From Bacteroidota bacterium (GTDB lineage Bacteria > Bacteroidota > Ignavibacteria > Ignavibacteriales > Ignavibacteriaceae): a stretch of DNA of 64,000 nucleotides. A program made the translations under genes and the position numbers. Positions 55,643-64,000 of the stretch are shown piece after piece. The DNA lies in contig JAKIZM010000008.1 of NCBI GenBank assembly GCA_022708025.1, positions 4,612-68,611 on the forward strand, in the 5' to 3' direction. Below the pieces are notes generated by a model. That model was not told the DNA's origin and made no database searches. It was given only the letters and a program-made list of their open reading frames with translations. Every line of letters begins with the position of its first letter. Position 1 is the first letter of the stretch.

Positions 55643-56041
55643 ATTAACCGTTAAAATCCAGGCATCAACAAATTCTGATATCTTCCAGAGATTATCCCTT
55701 ACTTCTTCTGCCTCTGTTCTGGATTTAAAGAATGGGATAACCTGAACTAAATATAGTTTGAGGCTTTCACTGTATACAACACTAAACTTATAATTTGTTT
55801 TTTTTTTGCTCATTTCTGCAAAAGTATTTGCTCTTTCTTCGGTTGTATACGCACCAACCTGAACAACGTAATAAGCTTGTTTAAGATTGGGATACTCCCC
55901 TGTTTTAGGAACATCAATAGTTTTATCTTCTGGTACTTCGTCAAAAACATAAACCTGTTTTTGTTCATCTGCTTCCTGATGTAATGTTGAACATCCTGCA
56001 AAAAATATTAAAGATATAAAAGTGTAAAAAATAATTTTCAT
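55637..56041 (-). CDS. SPOR domain lipoprotein
   Basis: Lipobox FFAGCS. The C-terminal YYVVQVGAYTTEERANTFA...YLVQVIPF has the SPOR repeat pattern. Confidence 0.85.
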   Translation of the reverse strand: MKIIFYTFISLIFFAGCSTLHQEADEQKQVYVFDEVPEDKTIDVPKTGEYPNLKQAYYVVQVGAYTTEERANTFAEMSKKKTNYKFSVVYSESLKLYLVQVIPFFKSRTEAEEVRDNLWKISEFVDAWILTVNK

Positions 56042-56051
56042 AAAAGATAAA

Positions 56052-56086
56052 CCTCTAAATAAAAAAGGGATGATATTACATCCCTT
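56052..56086 (-). terminator. rho-independent terminator after the SGNH hydrolase gene
   Basis: The minus strand reads AAGGGATG-TAATAT-CATCCCTT followed by TTTTTTATTT. Confidence 0.75.
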
Positions 56087-56103
56087 TTCTGAAAATAATA
56101 AAC

Positions 56104-57594
56104 TTAAAATAATAAGTGATCAAAAAGATTATATGGAATTATCAGATTATTATCGCGATAACTATATTTTCCGCTAAAGAAAATGCTGCCAGGAATAGAG
56201 CCAACATCAACCAAAGGTATATTAGCATTAAATTTCGCATTAATTACTTTGATAAATTCATTAGCAATTATTCCGTGTGCCTGGCTCGATGGATGAACTC
56301 CGTCCAAACTAAACAAACCACCTTCAACATAAGTTGTTTTAAAAGGTATGCCATTGATTACTGTTCCACCTGTAAAATCAGCAGCTCTTAATTCATTGAA
56401 CTTTGTATTTATATCAACAACATAAAATCCGTTTTGTTGAGCAACACCAGCTATAACATTATTAAATCCTGTTACTGCATTATTTGAGGTTGTTATTTCA
56501 TCAGGATCAAGAACAAAAGCATCCGGAAAAGGATTCTGAGGATGAAAACCAAAAGGCTTGGTAGTATCAATTCCTAGTGGAACAGGTATATTGTTATCCC
56601 GATAGAATTTGCCAGTCTGCTGTCCAAGCAGTCCGGCATAAGTTTGACCTCTTAATGTAATAAGCGTACTACCCGATAATAAAGCAGTTGAATCTGCAAA
56701 ACCTACCTTAAAAGGTAACATTCCTAAATTTGTACCGCCTTCATGACTGGCATAGATTAAACCGGTTAATGGTAAGCCGCTACCCTGCTGCATTAATCTT
56801 ATTTGCCACCATTTAACGGCAGGGTTTATAGCAAGAGCTGGCCCAACAGTAGTAAAAAATGGAATAGCAGAAACATTAGGAATATTTCCTACTAACACGC
56901 CCGGATTTGTACCTGACTGAGTTTTATATTGCTGAATTCCCTGTGCAATACCGCCAAATAATTGAGTAAATTGAGCAACACTTGTTGGTGCAGCTGGAGA
57001 TGTTCCACCGCTTGTTGCATAACCAAGAACATCATTATTCCCTATCCAGAGTGTTAAAAATGTTGGTTTTAATGATAAGGCTTGCTCTAATTGAGTCCCT
57101 TTACCACGCAGAATAAAATCAAAATATGGATTTGGACTATTTGAAAACACAAAAGACGCACAAGTGGTGGAATTTTTAGCAAATAATACGTCGTAAGTTA
57201 AAGCACCGGGAATACCTAGATTGTTATAAGCTGCAGGATAATTAGCATTCAACGGTATTCCTGAAGATGTATTTGTATAAAGAGTAAATGGACTTAAACT
57301 TTGCACTTCCATTCTTCCGCCCAAACCTGGATCAGAAACATACGGCACCTGATAATCTGTACCAACTTGTTTAGCTATCAAATTTCCATAACTATACATT
57401 TGTGCAGATTCATAAATAGTTCCACTTTGATATCCGGCAGTAATACTATTGCCGATTGTTACAAACCGGGTAAAATCAGCGCTGCCACTAACTTTATCTT
57501 GCACAACCGGTGTAAGATCTGAATAATCATTACAACTGATAAAAAACAGAGCCGATAAAAATAACGATACTATAAATTTAATTTTCAATTTCAT
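56104..57594 (-). CDS. SGNH/GDSL hydrolase family lipoprotein
   Basis: Lipobox FFISCN. Block I VTIGNSITAGY (catalytic Ser), GNND (WIGNNDV) and block V DGVHPS. Confidence 0.8.
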   Translation of the reverse strand: MKLKIKFIVSLFLSALFFISCNDYSDLTPVVQDKVSGSADFTRFVTIGNSITAGYQSGTIYESAQMYSYGNLIAKQVGTDYQVPYVSDPGLGGRMEVQSLSPFTLYTNTSSGIPLNANYPAAYNNLGIPGALTYDVLFAKNSTTCASFVFSNSPNPYFDFILRGKGTQLEQALSLKPTFLTLWIGNNDVLGYATSGGTSPAAPTSVAQFTQLFGGIAQGIQQYKTQSGTNPGVLVGNIPNVSAIPFFTTVGPALAINPAVKWWQIRLMQQGSGLPLTGLIYASHEGGTNLGMLPFKVGFADSTALLSGSTLITLRGQTYAGLLGQQTGKFYRDNNIPVPLGIDTTKPFGFHPQNPFPDAFVLDPDEITTSNNAVTGFNNVIAGVAQQNGFYVVDINTKFNELRAADFTGGTVINGIPFKTTYVEGGLFSLDGVHPSSQAHGIIANEFIKVINAKFNANIPLVDVGSIPGSIFFSGKYSYRDNNLIIPYNLFDHLLF

Positions 57595-57609
57595 TTTAAA
57601 TCTTCCTCC

Positions 57610-58851
57610 TTAAAAGCTATAAACAAAACCAAGTGAAAATATATTGGCACTTGAATTATATGTGCCATTAAAGGTACTGCCTAAGCCAGAATAAATTTCT
57701 TCTGAATCAGAAACAGTTAATTGTTTTGCACGGATAAAAAGATATGATCCGGTAATTGTGAAATTATCAAATAGTCTTCCTTCAATACCGCAGCTTAAAC
57801 CTAATCTGTCAGATTCAGGTAAAGAAGGATTTAAATATTTTGTTGAAACCGGATTTTTATCAAAATAAGCTCCGCCCATCAAACTTACTTGATCATTAAG
57901 TCTGTATCCGGCACCGAATCTGATTATATAAGAATCATCGTATAATCTCGGACTGCTGCTTACTGTTCCTGTTTCTTCAAATTTAACTTCTAATTTATCA
58001 TAACTTGACCAGCCGACCATCTGGTAATCAGCACTTACTTTTAAGTTTTTGGTTATATCAATTGCAATACCTACTGCAATATTTTGAGGAGTAGTTAGCT
58101 CTGCAGAAATATCTCCCGAAGGTAATTGAGACTGCAATTGTGCAGGTCCTGTTGAAGTTGCTGTGCCGGTAAATCCATATTTAACCTGGCTATGATATGA
58201 AGCACCAATTGTAAGAAATGATGTTGGTTTAATCATTAATCCTGCATTAAAACCAAATGCTGCGTTATCATTCCCTTCTAGTGAAACATAAGCATCATCA
58301 GCAAGAATTGTGCTTGGTTGAACTTTCCTTTCAATGATTACATTGGCAAAACTATAAACAAATCCGGCACTTAAAGATATTTGTTTAATAGGTGAATAAG
58401 TTACAACAGGACTTAAAGTGAAAGTCATTAGCTGAGTTTTAACTGCAAGATATTTCCCAATCCAATCACTGTCCCATTCAGTTCCCAAACCAAAAGGTGT
58501 TGTGAAACCAAATCCTGCAGAGAATTTTTCACTAAAAGCATGTGTAGCAAAAAAATGTGTAGGAAAGAATACTAAATTAGCTGCTCTGTACTTAGTAATA
58601 TCAGGATAAACACCACGGAAAGAACTTTGAGGTGCTATTAAAGACGAACCCAGCATCAAGTGTGTTCCGGAAAATTGGGATAATCCAGCGCCGTTCCAGT
58701 AAACAGCTGAAGGGTCATTTGCAACTGCTGTAAACGCGCCTCCTAAAGCAAGGGCTTTAGCTCCATGCTCATTTAGTTGAAATCCACCAGCCAAAGCATT
58801 TGTAGAAATCAACAATAGAGTAATAATAAGAAAAAGTAACTTTGATTTCAC
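57610..58851 (-). CDS. outer membrane transport protein, FadL/TodX (OMPP1) family
   Basis: Signal peptide, then the GGFQLNEHGAKALALGGAFTAVANDPSAVYWNGAGL hatch-domain signature. Beta-strand-rich, with a terminal aromatic (VYSF). Confidence 0.9.
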   Translation of the reverse strand: MKSKLLFLIITLLLISTNALAGGFQLNEHGAKALALGGAFTAVANDPSAVYWNGAGLSQFSGTHLMLGSSLIAPQSSFRGVYPDITKYRAANLVFFPTHFFATHAFSEKFSAGFGFTTPFGLGTEWDSDWIGKYLAVKTQLMTFTLSPVVTYSPIKQISLSAGFVYSFANVIIERKVQPSTILADDAYVSLEGNDNAAFGFNAGLMIKPTSFLTIGASYHSQVKYGFTGTATSTGPAQLQSQLPSGDISAELTTPQNIAVGIAIDITKNLKVSADYQMVGWSSYDKLEVKFEETGTVSSSPRLYDDSYIIRFGAGYRLNDQVSLMGGAYFDKNPVSTKYLNPSLPESDRLGLSCGIEGRLFDNFTITGSYLFIRAKQLTVSDSEEIYSGLGSTFNGTYNSSANIFSLGFVYSF

Positions 58852-58922
58852 TTTTTTGTCTCCTGTAATAATTAGTTGATAATTAATTGAACTAAAATTA
58901 TTAAAATTTTCCTAATAACAAA

Positions 58923-59426
58923 TTATTTTACAGCAAATAAAATTATATTTTTTTCTATTGCTGTTCCCTCTTTAACATACATTTCTTTTAATGTGCCATC
59001 TACTGGAGACTTAATCTCGTTTTCCATTTTCATCGCTTCAAGTATTAAAACTGCCTCACCTTTTTTTATAGCCTCACCTTTTTGTTTTTTGATTTTTAAT
59101 ACTAATCCGGGCATAGGAGATTTTATCTCAATTAAGCTGTTATCAACATTTTTTGAATGAGATATTAATTGAAATGCTTTTTCTTCCAGACTGGATTTGA
59201 TATTAGCAAGTATTGAAACACCATTGATACTTAAAACCACTTCCCCATTTGAGTTTGATAAAATTGATGATTCAAAAATTTTATCATTTAGTTTTAGCAA
59301 TATATTTTTTTCATCAGTATTTACTGATTGATATTTTACAATAACACCATCTATTTCGGCAGTTGAATCATCAATGATTTTGATATTCTTTATTTTATTA
59401 TTTAATCTGACTACAAACTCATTCAT
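58923..59426 (-). CDS. biotin carboxyl carrier (biotinyl/lipoyl) domain protein with about 100-aa beta-rich N-terminal region
   Basis: Biotinylation motif EAMKMENEI near the C-terminus. Start taken at ATG 59426 (MNEFVV), which overlaps the accC stop within ATGAATGA. The ORF track opens earlier, at 59477. Confidence 0.85.
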   Translation of the reverse strand: MNEFVVRLNNKIKNIKIIDDSTAEIDGVIVKYQSVNTDEKNILLKLNDKIFESSILSNSNGEVVLSINGVSILANIKSSLEEKAFQLISHSKNVDNSLIEIKSPMPGLVLKIKKQKGEAIKKGEAVLILEAMKMENEIKSPVDGTLKEMYVKEGTAIEKNIILFAVK

Positions 59427-60909
59427 AATTTTGATTCCACCATTTAGACTGAACAGTTTTATTATCTCTACTACCACCTGAGTTAGATTTTTTAAATTTA
59501 TTTAAAGCTGCTAATAAAGCAGCTGCGTTTTCGAGATCTGCTGAATAGTTTTCAGAGGAACTAATTTCATTCAGGTTTAAAGAATCAATAAAATTTATAT
59601 CATAATATCCGTTAATGAATAGTCCATTAGTTATAATGTATTTTAAAAACTCCTGATTTGTGATAACTCCGGCAATTTGATATTCGTTTAAAGCTCTTTT
59701 CATACGCAATATTGCCTTTGTTTTATCGCTGTCCCAGCATATTAATTTTGCAATCATCGGATCATAATAAATTGATATTTCAGAATTCTCTGAAAAGCCT
59801 GAGTCAACTCTTATTCCGGGACCATTTGGCTCTTTATATTTTAAAATTTTTCCTGTAGAAGGTAAAAAATTATTTGTTGAGTCTTCTGCATATATTCTAC
59901 ATTCAAGAGCAAAACCTTTGATAGATAAATCTTCCTGATTAAAAGAAATTTTATTACCAGCCGCAATAGATATTTGTTCGCGAACCAGGTCAATTCCGGA
60001 GATAAGTTCAGTAACCGGATGTTCGACCTGAATTCTTGTATTCATCTCTAGAAAATAAAAATCTTTATTCTGATCCATTAAAAATTCAATAGTTCCGGCA
60101 TTATAATAATTGCACGCCTTTGCCGCATTTATTGCGGCAGCAACTATTTTTTTTCTGGTTTTCTCATCGACAAAAGGTGACGGTGCTTCTTCAATAATTT
60201 TCTGATGTCTTCTTTGAATTGAACATTCTCTTTCAAAAACATGTCTGTAATTGCCAAACTTATCTGCTATTATTTGAACTTCAATATGTTTGGGTTTTTC
60301 AATAAACTTTTCAATGTAGATATCATCATTAGCAAATGATTTTAAAGCTTCTCTTTTTGTTGATTCAAATGCAGCTTCAAACTCTTCTGCATTATTAACT
60401 TTACGCATACCTTTTCCACCGCCGCCCGCAGAAGCTTTTAACAATATCGGGAATCCGATTTCTTTAGAGAATTCCAAACCTTCAGAAATACTATTTATTG
60501 GCTCAGTGCTTCCGGGAACAATCGGAACATTGTTTTTTTTCATCAATGCTCTTGCAGCTGTTTTACTTCCCATCATCTTTACTGATTTGGAAGAAGGTCC
60601 GATAAATGTGATTCCTGCTCTTTCAACATCTTCAATAAATGATGAATTCTCAGCAAAGAAACCGTAACCGGGATGGATTGCATCTGCTGAGATTTTTTTA
60701 GCCAGTTCAATTATTTTATCCTTATTGAGATAAGAATCTGAAACCACAGACGAACCAATATGATATACTTCATCGGCTAATTTTACGTGTGTAGCAGTAA
60801 TATCAATATCTGAATAAATTGCTGCTGATTTAATACCTAACTCTTTGCAGGCTTTAATAATTCTGACAGCAATTTCGCCTCTGTTGGCAATCAGGATTTT
60901 GTTAAACAA
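59419..60909 (-). CDS. accC: biotin carboxylase subunit of an acyl-CoA carboxylase (extended C-terminus)
   Basis: MFNKILIANRGEIAVRIIKAC, ATP-grasp GGGGKGMR, and EMNTRIQVEHPVTE. About 50 extra C-terminal residues lie beyond the usual biotin carboxylase end. Confidence 0.93.
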   Translation of the reverse strand: MFNKILIANRGEIAVRIIKACKELGIKSAAIYSDIDITATHVKLADEVYHIGSSVVSDSYLNKDKIIELAKKISADAIHPGYGFFAENSSFIEDVERAGITFIGPSSKSVKMMGSKTAARALMKKNNVPIVPGSTEPINSISEGLEFSKEIGFPILLKASAGGGGKGMRKVNNAEEFEAAFESTKREALKSFANDDIYIEKFIEKPKHIEVQIIADKFGNYRHVFERECSIQRRHQKIIEEAPSPFVDEKTRKKIVAAAINAAKACNYYNAGTIEFLMDQNKDFYFLEMNTRIQVEHPVTELISGIDLVREQISIAAGNKISFNQEDLSIKGFALECRIYAEDSTNNFLPSTGKILKYKEPNGPGIRVDSGFSENSEISIYYDPMIAKLICWDSDKTKAILRMKRALNEYQIAGVITNQEFLKYIITNGLFINGYYDINFIDSLNLNEISSSENYSADLENAAALLAALNKFKKSNSGGSRDNKTVQSKWWNQNYE

Positions 60910-60917
60910 TATTTCTC

Positions 60918-63263
60918 CTATATTAATTCAGCTATAGTTATACCTTCACCACCAAATTCAATTGGAGCAAAGTAGTAACTTTTTATTTTATCGTGGTGTT
61001 TTAATAGATCCCAAACAGTTTTCTTCAGCGCACCTGTTCCCTTTCCATGTAAAATTTCAACCCTATCCATTGAAGATTGATAAGCTTCATCTATAAAACG
61101 AATTACTTTAAACTCTGCTTCTTCCGGTCGTTCACCTCTGATATCCAATCTGTAATTTATTTCCGGGATTTGATAGTTATTATAAGTTTCTGTCCGCACA
61201 GTTTTATTTTCTTTTGCTTCAATCAATTCTGATAATTTCACTTTCATTTTTATTGCGCCAACCAGAATTGTTGCCTGAGCTTTTTCATTATTTATATCAA
61301 CAATTTTTCCCACTGTAGATGAGTTTTTAATACCTACAGTATCACCTGTTTTAAATTGTTTTTTGTGATCGGTTTTTTCATTCAGAAAATTAAAGATTTT
61401 TTTGTTTTCTGTTTTAACATCTTCAATAATTTTTTTCGCTTCCTTTATAACCTCTTTACTAGCATCTTTCTCACGTATTTCTTTAATCACTTTTTCAACT
61501 TGCTTATTGATATTCTCTAAATATAAATCACTTTCTGCCTTTACTTTTTTTAATATCTGATTTTTCTCATTTTCAATTTTCTCATAGCTTCTTTTATAGA
61601 GATCTGATAAGCCTTTGAGCCTTGTGTTTTCTATTTCGAGTTCATTTAATTTTTTATTCAGTTTATTGGATTTCACTTCAAGTTCCGAAAGGAATCTTTC
61701 TAAATTATACTTATCCTCATCAATATTTTTCTTTGCATTTTCAAGGATTGTTTCATTTATACCGCTCCTTTTCGCGATTTCGAATGCATAACTTGAACCT
61801 GGTATGCCAAGATGAAATCTATATGTTGGCGATAAATTAGAATGGTCAAACTCCATAGCTGCATTTTGCATTTCTTTATGATTAAATGCAAACACCTTAA
61901 GACTGCCATGATGCGTTGAAGCAAAAACTAAAGATCCTTTTTTCTGCAGCTCTGATAATATAGATGCTGCTAGTGCAGAGCCTTCAGCTGGCTCTGTTCC
62001 ACTTCCTATTTCATCTAAAAGAACCAGTGTTTTGGAATCCGATGAATTGATAATATGAGTTAAGCTTTTTAAATGAGAACTAAAGGTTGAAAGATCATCT
62101 TCAATAGATTGCTGATCGCCAATGTCAATCAGGATATTATCAAATATGTGAAAATTGGATTCTGAATTAACCGGAACATGTATACCTGACTGAAACATCA
62201 AATTCAATAATCCAATAGTTTTTAATACTACTGTTTTACCACCCGCATTTGGTCCCGTAATTACTACTACATTTACATCATTTAATTCAAAACTAAGCGG
62301 AATTGTATTTTGTCTACCAAGTTTTTTTAGTAATAGTGGATGTCTGGCTTCAGAGAAATATAAAGGCTTGTCACTTTCCATTTTTGGTAGTTCGCTAATT
62401 ATCTCTAACGAATATTTTGCCCTGGCAAAAACCGAATCAATCTCTGCTAAAGTATCTAGCGATTCTTTTAATTGTTCTGCTGATTGCCCGATGACTTTTG
62501 TTAATTCTCTGAGTATTCTTTCTATTTCTCTTTTTTCAGCAAATGAAGTAGAGATAATTTCATTGTTTAAATCAAGTGTTTCTTCAGGTTCGATATATAC
62601 TGTCTGCCCAGTCGAAGATTCCGAATGGATAAAGCCTCTTAAGTGTCTTTTATGTTCAGCTTTAACGGGAATTACCATTCTGCCATCCCGTAAAGTAAGA
62701 TAATCTTCGCGAACAATATCATCTTCTTTAAGAGATTTTATAATACGATTAATTGACTTAACAAGCTCAGATTTTTTATTGTTTATTTCTTTTCTAAGTC
62801 TTGCTAATTCGTGGCTTGCATTTTCTTTAATCTCACCTTGTTCAGTAATAATTTTTTCTATTCTATTTTCAAAAAGTTTATCTGTAAACAGATTGAATGA
62901 CTTTTGCTTAAGAATAGAATTTTCTTTTGCTTCCTGAGAAATAAATTGCCTGAGTAATCTGGAAGTCTTAGCTAACTTTAAAATTTCTAACAATTTTATT
63001 CCTTGAATGACTGCGCCTTCAATTCTTGTTTCGGATAAAACTGAATGAAGCTCTGATAAATATTCAATCGGAGGATAACCAACTTTGTTTATTAATTCCT
63101 TTGCTTCGTTTACTGCCTCTCCTTCAGTTTTGATAAAAACCAGGTTATTAACAGGCAAAAGATTTAAAACTTTTTTCTTTCCTGATTCTGTTATGGCATA
63201 TCGTGAAATAAAATCCAGGACTTTCGGAAACTCTAACTTTTCTAAAACTGATTGATCAATCAT
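60918..63263 (-). CDS. mutS2: endonuclease MutS2 (MutS domain V plus Smr)
   Basis: Walker A ITGPNAGGKTVVLKT, DEIGSGTEP, a long coiled coil, and a C-terminal Smr domain (LDIRGERPEEA...ILHGKGTGALK). Confidence 0.95.
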   Translation of the reverse strand: MIDQSVLEKLEFPKVLDFISRYAITESGKKKVLNLLPVNNLVFIKTEGEAVNEAKELINKVGYPPIEYLSELHSVLSETRIEGAVIQGIKLLEILKLAKTSRLLRQFISQEAKENSILKQKSFNLFTDKLFENRIEKIITEQGEIKENASHELARLRKEINNKKSELVKSINRIIKSLKEDDIVREDYLTLRDGRMVIPVKAEHKRHLRGFIHSESSTGQTVYIEPEETLDLNNEIISTSFAEKREIERILRELTKVIGQSAEQLKESLDTLAEIDSVFARAKYSLEIISELPKMESDKPLYFSEARHPLLLKKLGRQNTIPLSFELNDVNVVVITGPNAGGKTVVLKTIGLLNLMFQSGIHVPVNSESNFHIFDNILIDIGDQQSIEDDLSTFSSHLKSLTHIINSSDSKTLVLLDEIGSGTEPAEGSALAASILSELQKKGSLVFASTHHGSLKVFAFNHKEMQNAAMEFDHSNLSPTYRFHLGIPGSSYAFEIAKRSGINETILENAKKNIDEDKYNLERFLSELEVKSNKLNKKLNELEIENTRLKGLSDLYKRSYEKIENEKNQILKKVKAESDLYLENINKQVEKVIKEIREKDASKEVIKEAKKIIEDVKTENKKIFNFLNEKTDHKKQFKTGDTVGIKNSSTVGKIVDINNEKAQATILVGAIKMKVKLSELIEAKENKTVRTETYNNYQIPEINYRLDIRGERPEEAEFKVIRFIDEAYQSSMDRVEILHGKGTGALKKTVWDLLKHHDKIKSYYFAPIEFGGEGITIAELI

Positions 63264-63781
63264 TTAAGAGTATCTTTTTGATTAATATAATCTTTGATTA
63301 TGTCCTCAGTATCAGGTGTATAAGCTTTTAGAAAATCAATTGAATGTGGAATAACGCCATAGGCATATTTATAAAGAAGTGAGGAATTCTGAGTTTTCTT
63401 GTCCGGAAAATTAAAAACATTCAGAAGCAAAAAAATAGCGCTGATAAAAAAGAGAAGTTGTATAACACCAACTAAACCGCCAATTATCTGATTTATAAGA
63501 TTGTTTATTTTATCGAAAGGATGTATTACACGTTTAAGAATGGTTGTTACTATCATCAGAACAATAAACAAAATCATCCCCGCCATAATTTCCGCAAGAT
63601 AAAGTTCAATATTCAGAACAGACTCAATCACTCGACCAAAATGTGAAGATAAAAGTATTGAAACAATAACAGCTACGATAAAACCAATAATACCAACTAA
63701 TTTTCTGACAAACCCATCTTTGAATCCAAGAAGAAATCCAATTAAAACAGTTACAAGTATGATGATATCAATATAATTCAA
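63260..63781 (-). CDS. cvpA: CvpA family membrane protein
   Basis: NYIDIIILVTVLIGFLLGFKDGFVRKL plus four TM helices. A TTG start overlaps the upstream stop as TTGA. Confidence 0.85.
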   Translation of the reverse strand: MNYIDIIILVTVLIGFLLGFKDGFVRKLVGIIGFIVAVIVSILLSSHFGRVIESVLNIELYLAEIMAGMILFIVLMIVTTILKRVIHPFDKINNLINQIIGGLVGVIQLLFFISAIFLLLNVFNFPDKKTQNSSLLYKYAYGVIPHSIDFLKAYTPDTEDIIKDYINQKDTLK

Positions 63782-64000
63782 TTCGAAACCAGAAAGTTTT
63801 CAACTATTGATTTTACAATCTTTCCATCAGCTTTACCTTTAAGCTCTTTCATAACCAGAGGCATTAGTTTTGGAAAATCTTCTTTAGACTTTGCGCCGAT
63901 CTGTGAAGCTAATCTAGCAACTTCAGCTTTAATTTCATCTTCATTAAGTTGTTTCGGAAGATATTCCTGAAGAATTTTTAATTCTGCTTCTTCCTGATCA
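63778..64000 (-). CDS. GatB/YqeY domain protein, C-terminal part (5' end outside window)
   Basis: The reverse complement reads ...DQEEAELKILQEYLPKQLNEDEIKAEVARLASQIGAKSKEDFPKLMPLVMKELKGKADGKIVKSIVENFLVSN*, which is typical of YqeY. Confidence 0.75.
   Translation of the reverse strand, partial: DQEEAELKILQEYLPKQLNEDEIKAEVARLASQIGAKSKEDFPKLMPLVMKELKGKADGKIVKSIVENFLVSN

Noticed and set aside
1-64000. CRISPR arrays, IS elements or transposases, rRNA genes, toxin-antitoxin pairs and restriction-modification systems.
   Set aside because: I saw no regularly spaced direct repeats, no transposase or integrase-like ORFs other than the XerC/D-type recombinase, and no methyltransferase/nuclease pairs while reading the ORF set and the intergenic regions. 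This was visual inspection only, so short or degenerate elements could have been missed.

Overview
Gene-dense chromosomal window with low GC (about one third by eye, not computed). It looks like an FCB-superphylum bacterium (Ignavibacteria/Bacteroidota-like). That placement is inference from three proteins carrying C-terminal T9SS sorting domains, a Bacteroidota-type hybrid two-component sensor, a GWxTD-type protein and AT-rich intergenic DNA. Most of the window is housekeeping: folC, rho, pdxA, ftsE, adk, tadA, purF, pgsA, ftsY, holB, hprK, hpf, a XerC/D recombinase, ybeY, lysS, scpAB, trpS, acpS, ggt, ssb, accC, mutS2, cvpA, plus thiolase and 3-hydroxybutyryl-CoA dehydrogenase. Genes at 30017-52800 form a long minus-strand array with many short overlaps. 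There is one tRNA-Arg(UCG). I saw no rRNA, CRISPR array, transposase or prophage. Four regions look accessory. (1) 11.5-20.7 kb: a hybrid sensor kinase/AraC regulator, then a 666-bp noncoding region with a duplicated promoter/operator-like motif, two tandem beta-helix T9SS cargo paralogs and a lipoprotein. (2) 24.1-28.3 kb: a roughly 1400-aa subtilase/FG-GAP/T9SS protein translationally wedged between purF and pgsA. (3) 53.1-55.6 kb: a three-gene operon of degenerate minor-pilin-like proteins behind a sigma-54-like promoter, with no pilus machinery in view. I consider this the best candidate for an undescribed system. (4) 56.1-60.9 kb: an SGNH lipoprotein, a FadL-type porin and a split acyl-CoA carboxylase alpha subunit. 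Other oddities are a four-domain CM-PDT-ACT-DAHP synthase fusion, a ClC channel whose conserved N-terminal helix has no canonical start codon, and an exported MetX-fold hydrolase. All functional calls come from motif recognition by eye in the supplied translations. No database search was run.
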